Shown here in pieces: positions 11,226 through 24,032 of a DNA stretch of 64,000 nucleotides. Each line of letters starts with the position of its first letter. The first letter of the stretch is position 1. The stretch is from a virus (Duplodnaviria > Caudoviricetes): the IMG/VR virus record IMGVR_UViG_3300028833_000101, positions 32,001 through 96,000 of that record. One strand, 5' to 3'. The notes below the pieces were generated by a model. That model was not told the origin of the DNA. It saw nothing but the letters and a program-made list of their open reading frames with translations, and searched no databases. The translations under genes and the position numbers were made by a program.

Positions 11226-14200
11226 ATGATTACAAAAGGTATAATTAAATCTATTGACTTTACAACAAATACCTGTGTTGTTCGTATGCCTTTATTTGAA
11301 AATGCTGGCAATACTACAGAAATGGTTGCCGAAGCTACTTTTGCTATTCAACCAGGAATTTATAATGGATATAGAGAAGGCGATGTTGTTGAACTTGCCT
11401 TTGACAATAATGAACTTGATTCACCAGTTGTTATTGGAAAGTTATTTTTAGGAACAGCTGAAGAAAATAAAGACCAAAGAGGCACTATTAATTGCCAAGA
11501 TTTAACTGTAACTAAAACAGCAACATTACCATTAGATACAAAATTATCATATGGCAGTGAAGATAAATCTATTGCACAAGTTCAAGGTGGTTATAGTTCT
11601 TTTAAAACTCTTGGAAACGTTATCGAAGCAATTCAAGAAACTAATAAACAAATTACTGCACAAGAAATTAAAAATGGTGATTTCATATTAAAAGAGCAAG
11701 ATGCAAGAATGACTGGTCTTGGTTGGCAGGTTGATGAAAACGCCTGAAGAATTCAAGCATATGATAGCACACATACTTTATACCCTATTTTAGACTTATT
11801 TAGAGTAGATAGAAGTGGTGTCACAATTGCAGGAGAATTAAAGCTAGTAGGCTACCCAAAAGAGACAGTTGTAAGATATGCTAGAGTTTTAGCAGATAAT
11901 TATGAACCAGATAGTGAAGGTCACTATAATCCTACATGAGTTAAAGAAAATAATGGTGAATTAATTGCACTTCCACCAGCCTATGGAACAAAAGAAGAAA
12001 TAGATGCTAACTGAACATATTCAGAAAAACCTGCACATAATGATGATTACTATATATTTCAACTTACTTATAATGTTACTTATGTTTATAATAAAGATAA
12101 CGATCAACTAGATGAAACATATATGAGTCAAATCTGAGAGCTTGTTGATTGGCCAGAAGAAGAAACAACAGGAAATGCTCAGCCTGGAACAATAACTAGA
12201 AACCCAAACCATCGTCCTGGTGGTACCTCTGCGGCAAGCAGAGCCTTAGCAATAGCTCGTGGAAAATCAACTTGTTTTTATTCAGATAAAGAACCATATA
12301 AAAACGATATATTACCCGATGAAGATCTATATGTATATCAGCCAGAATTAAGTATTGGTGACACATGATTTAATACTAGTTATAAAGCTGACTCTATACC
12401 AACAAAATTAACTGATTATATTGGAAAATGAATTATGACAGCACCGGCTCCATTTGGCGGTTTTCCAACTTATGCTCAAGTAACACCAGATAATATCAGT
12501 ACACTCTCAATTAACCCCGGAGTTACTCAAGCATACACACATGGCGAATTATATCAATGCAAAGCCATTAATAATGATGGAAAAGCCACTTGGGAGCCAA
12601 TTGGCAGCGAGTTAGTTGCAAATAAAATTACTACTAATTATATTAATGCTTTAGATATTGTTGCTAAAAAAATTGAAATTTTTGATGCAAATAATAATAC
12701 ACTCTTTAAAGCAGATGGTTTAGCTGATGTCCACGAAGTTAAGATTGCTAATTTTACTGTTGCAAATAATAAAATCTACAGCGATAACAAATCATCATTA
12801 GATTCTAATGTTGATGGTGTTTATATTGGCAATGATGGCATTGCACTTGGTAAGGGAAACTTTGTCGTCACAAAAAATGGCCAAGTAACAATTAAAGGCT
12901 ATGTTAAATCTGTGCTAAAAAAATACAGAAAAATTGAGTATGATAACGAAGCTGAAGCAAGCGCACATTATGCTGATTGGAATAACTGGGAATCAGCTGC
13001 TTGAGGCAGTTCTGTCCCACCTAGAGAAGATGAAAAATATATCTGGGAATGAACACAAGAAGAGCAGGGCGATGGAACGCTTGTCGATAAGGGCAAAGTA
13101 TGTGTTACTGGAACAGCTGGTGATTCCGCACACACTCTTAAAATTAGTAATCCATTCGTTGGTGCCCCTTATAGTAGTGATGGAACAACATCTGAATGAA
13201 ATACTACAACTTTTAGATCGAAGACACTTCACAAATTAACAGCATATTATGGTAATTCTCAAATTACTGATACAATAGCTATTAGAACAACTTCACAAGG
13301 ACCAACAAATACTGGATATTCTATTGTTTATTCTGGCAATAGTGTTACAATAACGAGCGGAAAACCAAGTTATAATTCAACTGATAAACTAGTTGAATCT
13401 TCTATTGACAGTCTTAGCGCGGATAATGGTAGTATAGAATATATTTTATACTATAATGCCGCAGTAGTTGCTTATGCAACTTTTGAAGTAGTTAAAAATA
13501 AAGCTGGTGAAAATGCAGTATCTTATTGAATTGTTGCATCTCCAGATACTGTGACAGCAACTGTGAATGAAAGTGGAACAATTACAGCTAAGTCACCTAC
13601 ATCTGTTTCTGTTGAATTCGATAAACAAATTGGAACTGATGCTGCGGCAAAAATAGTAGCTGCAGACAACCTTTATTATACAACAAAATATGATAATGGT
13701 AATGAAAGTTCAAAAACTAAAATTTCTACAAATCCAATCAGTATTAACACAAGTAGTTTTGATAGTAGAGCAATTATTACTATCTATAGCAATAATACAA
13801 CTAGTGCAGTAAAATGTGCATCTAATACTATTCAAGTAATTAAAGATGGTAAACCAGGTGGTAAAGGCGCTGATGGTAATAGCGTTATAGAAAATAAAAC
13901 ATATTATTCTTTAAGTAATACATCATCTTCTACTGGACCAGCTACTGGAGACTCTAATATTGTTGCAACTCCAACAGTAGACAAATGAAGCACTGCCCCT
14001 CAAGCATTTAATAAAGATGTTCATACTGGTTACCAATATTGGACAGTTGAACGCATTGTTTATTCTGATGCCCCTACAGTTGGTGTTTGGGGTACACCAG
14101 TGCTAGCTTCTATGCTAAGTGTTGATTTTATTAATTCGCTTGCAATTCAAGCTAAAAAATTACTTGTTACAGATAGTAGCTCAAATACCCTATTAGATGC

Positions 14201-15791
14201 TGGCTGAACTAATGATCATGAAGTTACAATTGGCGGCTTTAAAGTAGCTAAAACTACCTTATCTGCTGGCACACAGGGCTCAAATAGTAGTATTTATATG
14301 TCTACTGAAATGCCAGCAAGTAGTGATACTCCAACAACTTTATTTAGTATTGGCTCAGCTTTTAAAATTGACAGCTCAGGTAGTGCAAAACTTAATGGTA
14401 CACTGGATGCCTATGCAGGAAATATTGGGGAGTTTAGTATACATGGTGGCACCCTTGCCAATAGTAATGTTAAGTTAGGATGAAGCGGCATTCAAATGAC
14501 CAATGGCGGCAAACTATCTATTTCAAATAGTAATGATAGTAACACATTTACTATGGGTCTTACAAGAAAGGAGCAACCAGCGCTTTTATCTGAAGGTGAT
14601 TTTTATCTAACTTCTAATAAGTATGATACTGGTTTTATGATATCCCCCACTGGAAGTGCTGGAAGTTCAACTATTGAATGCACAGTTAAAGTTACTGGTA
14701 CTGCTTGGGGAGGCGGGTCATCAAATAAGGTTAAAATTACTGCTAATAAACCGTTTTTAAAAACAAAAACATTTACTATTAGCTATACTGGTTATGATTT
14801 TGGAACAGTAACACGTACTACATATCTAACGATATATGCTAATGCAACTGAAGGTGAAGTTAGTTTTGGTGGTTTATGGTACCTAACTTCTGCTACAGTA
14901 AGTGGGTATACTAGCGCAATTAATCGTGATGGTACTGCTACTTTTAACTTAACTCAATCATTTGAAACTGGCGCAACATGTTATGCATTGGGCAGCATAA
15001 TTCCAAAGCCATACCCAAGACGTACTTTACATGTTTTTAAATCTGGAGAAGGTGAGATTCATATAACACCACCTGATTATGCAAGCCCAACATATGGCAC
15101 AGACTGTCATATGAGAGTTGGAAGATATGGTGAGGAGTTTGACGGATATTCTTGAGGCGATAGTAGCACTTGGGGCACCAACTCTATGTATATTACTAAA
15201 CTAGATTGGTTTGGTGATACATCTTGAGTAGGTGCAACTGTTTGGTTAGCCGATAAAGGCTCCGGTTGGGGAAGTGAATGAGGAAATGTTTCAGCTGTCA
15301 CAGAAGCTAATACTGTAACATATCTTGGTACATCTAGTAATAGATGAACATATATTTATGGAACAAATATAAACTGAACTAATGCTTATGGCACAAATGC
15401 TGCAACTATATCTGATCGTCGTGTAAAAACAAACATAGATTATGATATATCTAAGTATGATATACTTTTTGATAACTTAAAGCCAGTTAAATATAAATAC
15501 AAAGATGGCGATTCAAATAGAACTCATCTTGGTCTTATTGCTCAAGATGTTGAACAAAGTATGCTAGAAAATGGTATATCTAGAAAAGACTTTGCAGGAT
15601 TAATTATTAGAGATGATACTGGACTAGGATTTGATAGTAAAACTGATACTATTAAAGATGAAGATAAAATAGAATATGGTATACGCTATGGTGAGTTGCA
15701 TGCATTAGAAATTAGACAAATTCAAATGCTAAAACAAGAAATAGCTGAATTAAAAGCAGCATTAGCTGAATTACAAAATAAAAATGTATAA
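11226..15791 (+). CDS. Central spike (gpV/gp5 OB-fold) fused to a long fibre with C-terminal peptidase S74-type chaperone (1521 aa, code 4)
   Basis: Six track ORFs lie in one frame joined by about 18 TGA. N-terminus GDVVELAFDNNELDSPVVIGKL; C-terminus SDRRVKTNI..HLGLIAQDVE..YGIRYGEL plus a coiled coil. Confidence 0.85.
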
Positions 15792-15797
15792 TATAAT

Positions 15798-16682
15798 ATG
15801 AGATTAATCCATGCATTTACAATACAAAGAACCTATAAAGCTGATGGCGTTTCTGGTATTTTAGATTGACTATTAACACCTTATTATATAAAAAAAGCAT
15901 ATCCAAACAGCACTTTAGTGTTATATACAAATATGCAAAGTGCACAAATACTGGGAGAGCTGTGATCACATATTAAAAGTGCCTATGATGAAGTTTATGT
16001 TGATTTGCAGAAAAATAATAAAGAAATTTTTAGTTATCCAAAATTTGAAGCCATGTCAAAAGAGCTTTGGTCTCATGGTACCGATTTTATAATGTTAGAC
16101 AATGATTTATATATATTTCCAGGTTTTTTAGAAACAATTAAATCTAATTATTGTATCTATTATGCAGAACCGTCACATTATATTGCTTGGTATCATTCAA
16201 TTATTAATAATGAATACGCTTGCCTTCATGCCCCAGATTGATTTACATGAGATATTACCCCATATAACTGTGCAACAATTAGAATTAATGATAAAGCTTT
16301 ATTATTAGAATACTTAAAAGTTTATAATACTGTACAAGCAGAAAATTTAAGTGAATCTAAAGGACATAAAGCAATGATTAAAGAGCAATGGAGTCTTGGT
16401 GAACTACTAAATAAACATCAAATAACACCACAAAGTTTGTTTAATAAAAAATATTCTTTTCATAAAGGTTGTATAAAACCACTAAAAAAGCCAGTAGAGT
16501 TAATACAATTACAAGAATTATTGTTAGCAAAACTTCGTCCAAATACATTTAAAGTTTTTATTAAACTGTTTAATCATGATGACTATTTTAAGTCAGATCT
16601 TAGTGTAGATAATTGCTTTAAAAATATTGATCAAGAATATAAAGATGGATTGCTTGCCCCAATATTAGAGCAATCAAAATAA
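15798..16682 (+). CDS. GT-A-like putative glycosyltransferase (DUF6734-like, code 4)
   Basis: Open through 4 TGA. Motifs LVLYTN, AYDEVYV, YPKFEA, FIMLDND (DxD) and YNCA. Confidence 0.6.
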
Positions 16683-16688
16683 AAATTA

Positions 16689-16717
16689 AAAGAAGACAGT
16701 GGTCTTCTTTTTTATTT
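16689..16717 (+). terminator. Rho-independent terminator
   Basis: AAGAAGAC-AGTG-GTCTTCTT plus a T run. Confidence 0.8.
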
Positions 16718-16736
16718 AATAAATTTATTAAATTAA

Positions 16737-16747
16737 TTGCTAAATTA
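16737..16747 (+). promoter_or_regulatory. Putative late promoter TTGCTAAATTA
   Basis: Head of the baseplate wedge operon. Confidence 0.75.
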
Positions 16748-16766
16748 TATGATTGCGAGGCAAAAT

Positions 16767-17150
16767 ATGAGGTCTATTAAATTTCCAAAAATGTTTAATA
16801 CTAATAGCACAAATGTCTGAAAGTCTTCAGAGTATTTGGATGCTACCAAACAAAATACAATTCTTCTCTTACATACTGAAAGAGGTGAACTTTTTGGTGA
16901 TCCATATTTTGGCTTATTATTAAAACATTATTTATTTGATCAAAATAATTACATTTTACGTGATGCTATTATAGATATTATTTATACACAATTAGCAATC
17001 TTTATTCCTCAAGTTAAAGTTCGTAGAGAAGATATTTCTATTGTTCAAGATAAGCAAAAGGGAAAACTATACTGTGAATTTTCTGGAATAAATCAAATCG
17101 ATTATACACATAATACTTTTAATTTAGTATTATTAAATGAAAACGAGTAA
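16767..17150 (+). CDS. Baseplate wedge subunit (T4 gp25/GpW-like, code 4)
   Basis: ATG 16767, TGA 16818. Motif LLLHTERGELFGDPYFG..YLFD. Confidence 0.88.
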
Positions 17151-17165
17151 GGAGTATTATAAGCA

Positions 17166-20100
17166 ATGATTACACAACAAGAATTAACCGCTGTAGAATT
17201 ATCTCCAACTAAAAAAGATTTTTATCAAATCTGAAATGAGTTATTAGAAACAGCTGCAAAACTTAGCGAACGCTGAGATCCAGCCAGCACAAATGAATCT
17301 GATCCTGGTATAGTATTACTTAAAGTCTTAACTGCCGTTGCAGATAAGCTTAATTTTACTATTGATGCAAATACATTAGAAGCATTTATGCCAAGTGCTG
17401 CTCAAGAAGAGTCTATGCGTAAGCTTACAGAAATGCTTGGTTATGATATGAAATACTATCAATCAGCAACTGTTGATGTTAAAATTTCTTATAATGGCAC
17501 AAATAAAGATGCTATTCCTAATATGCTTTTAATTGATAAGTTTACTAATATTAAAGATATTGATGATAGCATTAATTATGTAACATTATCTGATGTATAT
17601 TTAAGCACACATGGTTCATCTAAGGTTGTTAGCTGTATAGAAGGTGAACTAGTTGAGTGCGAAACAGATGATAATAATATTATCTCTATGATGCAATTAG
17701 ATGACAACCACCGTTATTATCTTCCAGAAACACAAATTGCAGAGAATGGTATTTTTATTATTAATGTTACTGATGGCGTTGAAAGCGACCCATGGAAAAA
17801 AGTAACAAATTTAAATGTACAAAATATTGGGTCAAAAGTATATAAATTTGGCTATGATTCAAAAGAAGGCTTGCCATATATTCAATTTCCAGAAGATATT
17901 AGCACAATTATTGAAGATGGCTTAAAAATTAAATATCTCAGAACAAAGGGTATTAATGGTAATGTATCAGTCAATACCCTCTGTAAGATGGAACAACCAG
18001 CCAGCTGGTCTGCTGCTAAATCTGCTGAAGGCTCAGCTGAGAATGATAAAGACTATTATAATGTTGATAATTATACAGTTACCAACATCTCAGCAAGTTC
18101 TAATGGAACTGACATTGAATCTATTAATGATGCCTACAATAGTTATAAAAAAACGATCGGTACATTTGACACATTAATTACTTGCAGAGATTATATGAAC
18201 AAAATCTATCAGATGACTACTGATGATGTTTCTACTACCCCACTTGTTAGTAATGTTATTGTTTCAGACATTAGAGATGACATTAATAAAGCAATGACTC
18301 TTTGCACTTTTACTGAACGCGGCATTGAGTATAAAGCAATGGCTAAGCCAATTGACACACATGATGCAATAACTATTACTGAAAGCCGCTATAGCGAATT
18401 ACAACCAACTGAAGAGCTATTAGGCAATCTTTATAAGGTTGTTGATAATACAGATCTAACAAGAATTAGGTTCTATGCTCGTTGTATTTTTAACGGTAAC
18501 TTATTCATGCTGGTTAAAGTTAATGACACTGAGCTAACTCACTTTGATTTAGTTTTATATCCATTTAGAAATACTTATGGTTTAAATAGTCGTGTTGAAT
18601 ACGTTAAATCTTTTAAATACGATGATTCAAATTTATTAGAGATTAAGGATAACCTTGAAACTAATAAAACACTTTCACATAATTTTATTGATCCAAATCT
18701 TGATGATATTGCTTGTATTAAAAACTATTTAAAACTTAAAGCAAAAATTACTACTGTTAGAAAAGTTGGGGCTTTGGAACAAGCTGAAATTTTAGGTAAG
18801 GTTTACACTGAAGTTTATAAAAATTTTAATCTTAGAAAGCTAGACTTTGGAGAAGAAATCCCTTATGAAAGTATTTTAGATGTTATTACAAATGCAGACC
18901 CAAGAATTAAAAATGTCAGCTTAGAAGAACCAGAATTAGCTACTAAGTTCTGCACTGTTGGTGGTGGTGAATATGAAACATCAACTAATAGCAATAAGTC
19001 TGACCCAGCATCAATTGCTTTTGCAACTGCTGGTGATAAATACTTTAATAAATTAGTATTAAATAATGTTCTTGCTGGACGTGTGCCACTATTTAACTAT
19101 GATGAAAATTTTAAACCAGATTATAATGAAGTACAATATCCAGGTTGGCAAGAAGGCAGTGGTTCATCAGCAACTACAAAAACATACTCATTAATTTATC
19201 CAGCTGCTGAAGATAGCGGAAGAAGCGCTGCAGAACAAAGACCAATTTATAGTCTATCATCTGAATTTTTAATTAAAGCTGGTGCCAAAAATATTAAATT
19301 AAATGATAATGAAGTTGTTCAATTTAGATTACCAAATCTTAAAACAGTCAAAACATATCCAGCATATGTTAATTATTACATCAGTCTAAATGATAATGCC
19401 AAGAGCATTCCAGCAATTCCTGCTACTTTCCAAACATTATTACGTTTTATGGAAGATGGCTATCCAGATGATGACCACAAAAAAACAAGTTGGGAAAGAT
19501 ATATTAATTCTGGCTTGGGCTCTGTTATGACTGAATTTGCACCAGGTGAAATTACCTCTGACAACTTTGGTGATAAAAAGAGCAAATATCATGCTATCTT
19601 TACTTATAGTAATAATAGATATACTTATTTAAAAGAATTTACAACTGCTACTAAATATTATTATGCGAAACTTGATGCTACTACTGTGTTTACTTGGGAC
19701 AGCTGGATTAGAAGTTTAATAAATACTGAAACAGCAACTAATTTAGTTACTTCTGATGCTCTCGATACAAATGAATCTGGGGTAGCTACTCCACGTACTC
19801 CTTTAAATGGTATTTCAAGAAATGGCTTATATGTTAAAATTTCTACATCAAAGTCAAATAAATTTGGTGCATTAGTTGACAATCAACATACTAAATATAA
19901 GCTTTTTGATAGACCTCTTTCTGCTGCAAGTGATGTTGATTTATTTACCACTGGATATTATGTACAAAGACTTTGATCTGTAAGAAAATATGATTCAGCT
20001 GAAACTGAATTACCACCAGAAACTACTAACCATACAACTGACGGCTTGGGCCAAAATAGCGAATATGTTGGTATTACAGCAAATGAAGAATATACTCTTA

Positions 20101-22559
20101 AAGCTGGTGAGTATTTGTTAATCAACTATACACAATCATCAAATGAAGATGGCACCGAACAAAAAACAAAAATTAATAAATTCTATGGCCCAACAACTAT
20201 CATTAAACCAAATTTTGAGCTAATTGATAGTAAAAAATATAGTAAATCCCATAATTATACGAAAAAAGATGGCTACAGCTTCTTAGAGTACGACAAATCT
20301 CCAGATGGTTTATTTACATTAGGTGCAAATGAGCAAATTGAAATTAGAGATTTTGTGCAAGTAAACTTAGATGAAATAAGCACAAATATTTATTGGGAAA
20401 GAAATGATGAAATCCCAGACTATCGTAATAGAATTATCTTTGAATTTACTGAAGAGCCAGTTTATTTTACAGATAATACATATAAAACAAAATCTGATAC
20501 TCCTACAGAGTATGTTATATATACTGCCTATACATTAAAAGATGGTGAATATTTCTATTACACCGACCAAAATAAAAATGATATTGCATATTATGGCTCT
20601 GGAACCAAAATTAAGAAAACAGTATATACTCCAACTATTTATAAATTTGCTAGCGATAATGATATTAGCACCGATGAGATTGCTTCAAATGGCTTAAATG
20701 CAGCAATTCCTTGGAGAGCATTTGACTTCAGCAAATCTGGCACTCAAGATAAAAAATTAGTCATAACAGAATATCAATATATTAATTTAACAAAAGGAAA
20801 TATCTTAAATTCTATTACTGCATTAAATTCAACTTCTAATGAAGAAGAACAAATTGAACGTGCTCTTGATAATGAATTTAGAGATATTAAATCAGCCACT
20901 TATACTATTTTAACTGATCCAGAAGATGAAGACTCTGGCAAATCATCCTCTTTACCTGTTGTAAACTTTGATACTAATACTCACTGGCAAGTAAGAACAA
21001 AACTTGAATTCAATGCAAGCCAAACAACAGTTCAAACATTACACAGCACAGAAGATACTCAAGATAGTATTACACTTTGACACAAAAATGATACAGATCC
21101 TATCGTATTAACACCACATAATAATGTGCCTCTTTCAATTAAATTAAATAAGCTTATTCAGAGCTCTCGTGATAAAGTTGATGTTACAACCAAAAAGTTT
21201 GCAGAAGATGGACATTTAGAAGAAGAAATTCCAGATTTACAATTAAAAGTCTTGCAAATCGCAGATATTCGTGATGATAATGGAAATGCTGTAAGCTTAA
21301 ATAACTTTGGTGACTCCTTTACTAAATTATCATTCAATGATGTAATTAATAATGGCGATGCAGCTATGACTACTTTAAATGCGGTCATACCAAGCGACTG
21401 CTATGGTTTAGTAATGTTCTATAATGTTAAAGTAAATGCAAGTACTGATGCTGCAGCTATTAGATTCATTAAGAGCAACCCAGCTGATGCTACAATTCCT
21501 CAAGTTAAAATCTTTAATCACTGGAATCCTAATAACACAGTACCAAGCGGTGTTCCAGTCTCTGCAGACGCTGCAAAAGGCTGGTGGGGAACTGCTGATA
21601 CTGGAAAAATAAATCCAGATAACTATGGAAAAATTTATACTAAAAAGACATGAGCAGTTCGTGCACAACCATTTGCTCCAGTAACTGAAGACGAATATAA
21701 TAGAATGAAAAATGAAGGCAACTTATATCGTGAAACTGAAATTTCTGTTTCACCAACAGCTAAGCCTTTATATCGCTATGATTCAACAAATAAAAAATAT
21801 TACAAATATACTAAGGTTGAACAAGATACTGTTTGGTCAGAAAGCGCTATTTATGGTCATTTAACCAGTGCTACTGCTGCACCAGCCGTTGAAAGTGATG
21901 AATTTGAAATCTTAGATAAAGTTACCTTTGAAAGTTTGCGTAATACTGATTTATATCGTAGAGTAGAAGCAGATGTATCTGCTGATATTGAAATTCGTGC
22001 AGATGAACGTTATGACTATGATACTCACAGATTATATCAATATTCATCATATGTGAACACGGCTTGGAGTAGCAGCTTTAGTGATTATTCATTTGGTCAA
22101 TTATTAGACCATGGTGGAGATACTGTGCTTTACCAATTAAGAGAAGGTATTAATATTGTTCAATTAGATAGTTCTTGTAAAATTGAAATCTATCCAGACA
22201 ACTTAATTGCTGACACTGTTATTCTAAGCTCATTAGATATTATTAAAAAGGCTAATGCACTAACAGGCGTAAGTGCTATTAATAAAAAATTAGCTTATAA
22301 GAAAATTGATAAAGCAACTGTAGATGAACAAATTCTAAGTGATATTAATTATTTAGACATTTATCAACAATTCTATTATAATAATGTTATTTCTAATTCA
22401 TCTAGTATTGATATGAATATTAAAGATGATGAAGACACCATGGAGTATCCAATTAACTGGTACGACCGCAATAACATTAATAATAAATTTGTAGTCTCAG
22501 AAATTGATGCTGAAGAGATGATTAAAAATGTTGTTATTTCAAAAGCTTCAAGGAGTTAG
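17166..22559 (+). CDS. Large baseplate wedge protein (gp6/J-like, 1797 aa, code 4)
   Basis: One frame with 5 TGA. N-terminus KKDFYQI(W)..ER(W)DPASTNESDPGIVLL..AQEESMRKLTEMLGY. Also TLITCRDY. Confidence 0.85.
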
Positions 22560-22565
22560 TTTACA

Positions 22566-23312
22566 ATGATAAAACTACAAGACTATACACCAGACATTTA
22601 TTATAAGGAGTCAAGGGACTTCCAATTTATTGGACGTCTCTTTGACCTTGTTTTAAACTCAGTTAAAACAGAAGCAGATTTGCTTTATAATATTCCTGTT
22701 AGTGATAATTCAAATGATAAGCTTTTAGATTTACTTGCACTTACATTAGGATTTAAAGCAAACCATCATTATAATACAAATCAACTACGTGCAATCTGCA
22801 GAGTTTTTCCTGAAATTTTAAGAAACAAAGGAAGTATTCAAGCAGTAATTGTAGCTTGTAATGCACTATTTAGGGCTGAGGGTTTAGAGCAAGCCTTAGA
22901 TTATGATTTTACTAAAAATCCTAACAATGATAAAACTGAGCTAAATTTATATATCCCACAAGAATTTGGAGATATTACATTAATTAATGATTTACTTACT
23001 TATATATTACCGGCTGGAATGAGCTGTAATTTAGTTAAAGAGTTAAGAATTAATGAGCAATCTATGACTGAAATTGCTGTAGAACATATATTTAAAATTT
23101 ATAAACATACTGATCCTACAAGTTCAGAAGAACAAACAATTTTCTACGACAATAACTTGCTTGCTAAGATACCACGCCTTGTCAATGATCCATCTGATAT
23201 TGATGAATCAACCGGTATTGTTACTTTAAATACAGGTGAAGTTATTAGAAACTTAGTAAAAGATAATGTTGGCTTTATTGCTAATGGCATTATTTATAAA
23301 CCAAAACAATAG
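22566..23312 (+). CDS. Baseplate wedge protein (P2 gpI-like)
   Basis: LLDLLALTLG, ILRNKGSIQAV, YILPAG. Confidence 0.75.
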   Translation: MIKLQDYTPDIYYKESRDFQFIGRLFDLVLNSVKTEADLLYNIPVSDNSNDKLLDLLALTLGFKANHHYNTNQLRAICRVFPEILRNKGSIQAVIVACNALFRAEGLEQALDYDFTKNPNNDKTELNLYIPQEFGDITLINDLLTYILPAGMSCNLVKELRINEQSMTEIAVEHIFKIYKHTDPTSSEEQTIFYDNNLLAKIPRLVNDPSDIDESTGIVTLNTGEVIRNLVKDNVGFIANGIIYKPKQ

Positions 23313-23326
23313 GAGAATAGCTAGAT

Positions 23327-24010
23327 ATGGGAAGAAAGAAAAAAAGTACTATTGAGACACCCGTTATACCGCCTCAGCAAGATATAAAAGCTATTGGTAC
23401 TCAACCAATTGGTTATCAAGGAAAAGTCTCTATTAAAATTCAACATGGTAATAAAACTATTTCTACTAGAACTTATCATAACAGCGGAATGCCATTGTTA
23501 TTTAAGTTTTTATGTTCTGCCTTGTCTGGTGATTTTTTAGATGGCATTAGACCATGTAAAATTAAACTCTTCTATTATCCAGAGGCTGAAAAAGGAGTTA
23601 CTCCAGAAGAATTTAATTGGGCCTATGCCTTTGAAGCTGATGCTGAAAATAAACCTAAAGGAATTACTCCATTTATTACTTATGAAACTACGCCAATTGT
23701 AAAGCGCGTTGCAGATGTAGTAACAAAAAATAGTAATAATGGATTAACATATCATTATGAAACAACTTTCCACTTCAGGGTTCCATTTGCATTAATTTCT
23801 GATACTACCGTACATATGATTGGTATTTATCCAAATAATGCTTATTATGGTGCAGAGGAAGATGTTTCCGCCTATTATTTATTTGTTGATGAAGAAACTG
23901 GTAAATTATGGGAACCACTTGAATTAAAAGACGTTGCTGGTAATTTTAGTATTATTGTTGATTGAACAATGGCATTAATGAACAAGCCAGTCACAACTGT
24001 AGATGCTTAA
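23327..24010 (+). CDS. Baseplate/fibre attachment protein (code 4)
   Basis: The track ORF extends through TGA 23963 (IIVD-W-TM) to TAA at 24008. Confidence 0.6.
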
Positions 24011-24032
24011 TATAATATAAAGGAGTTAATTT

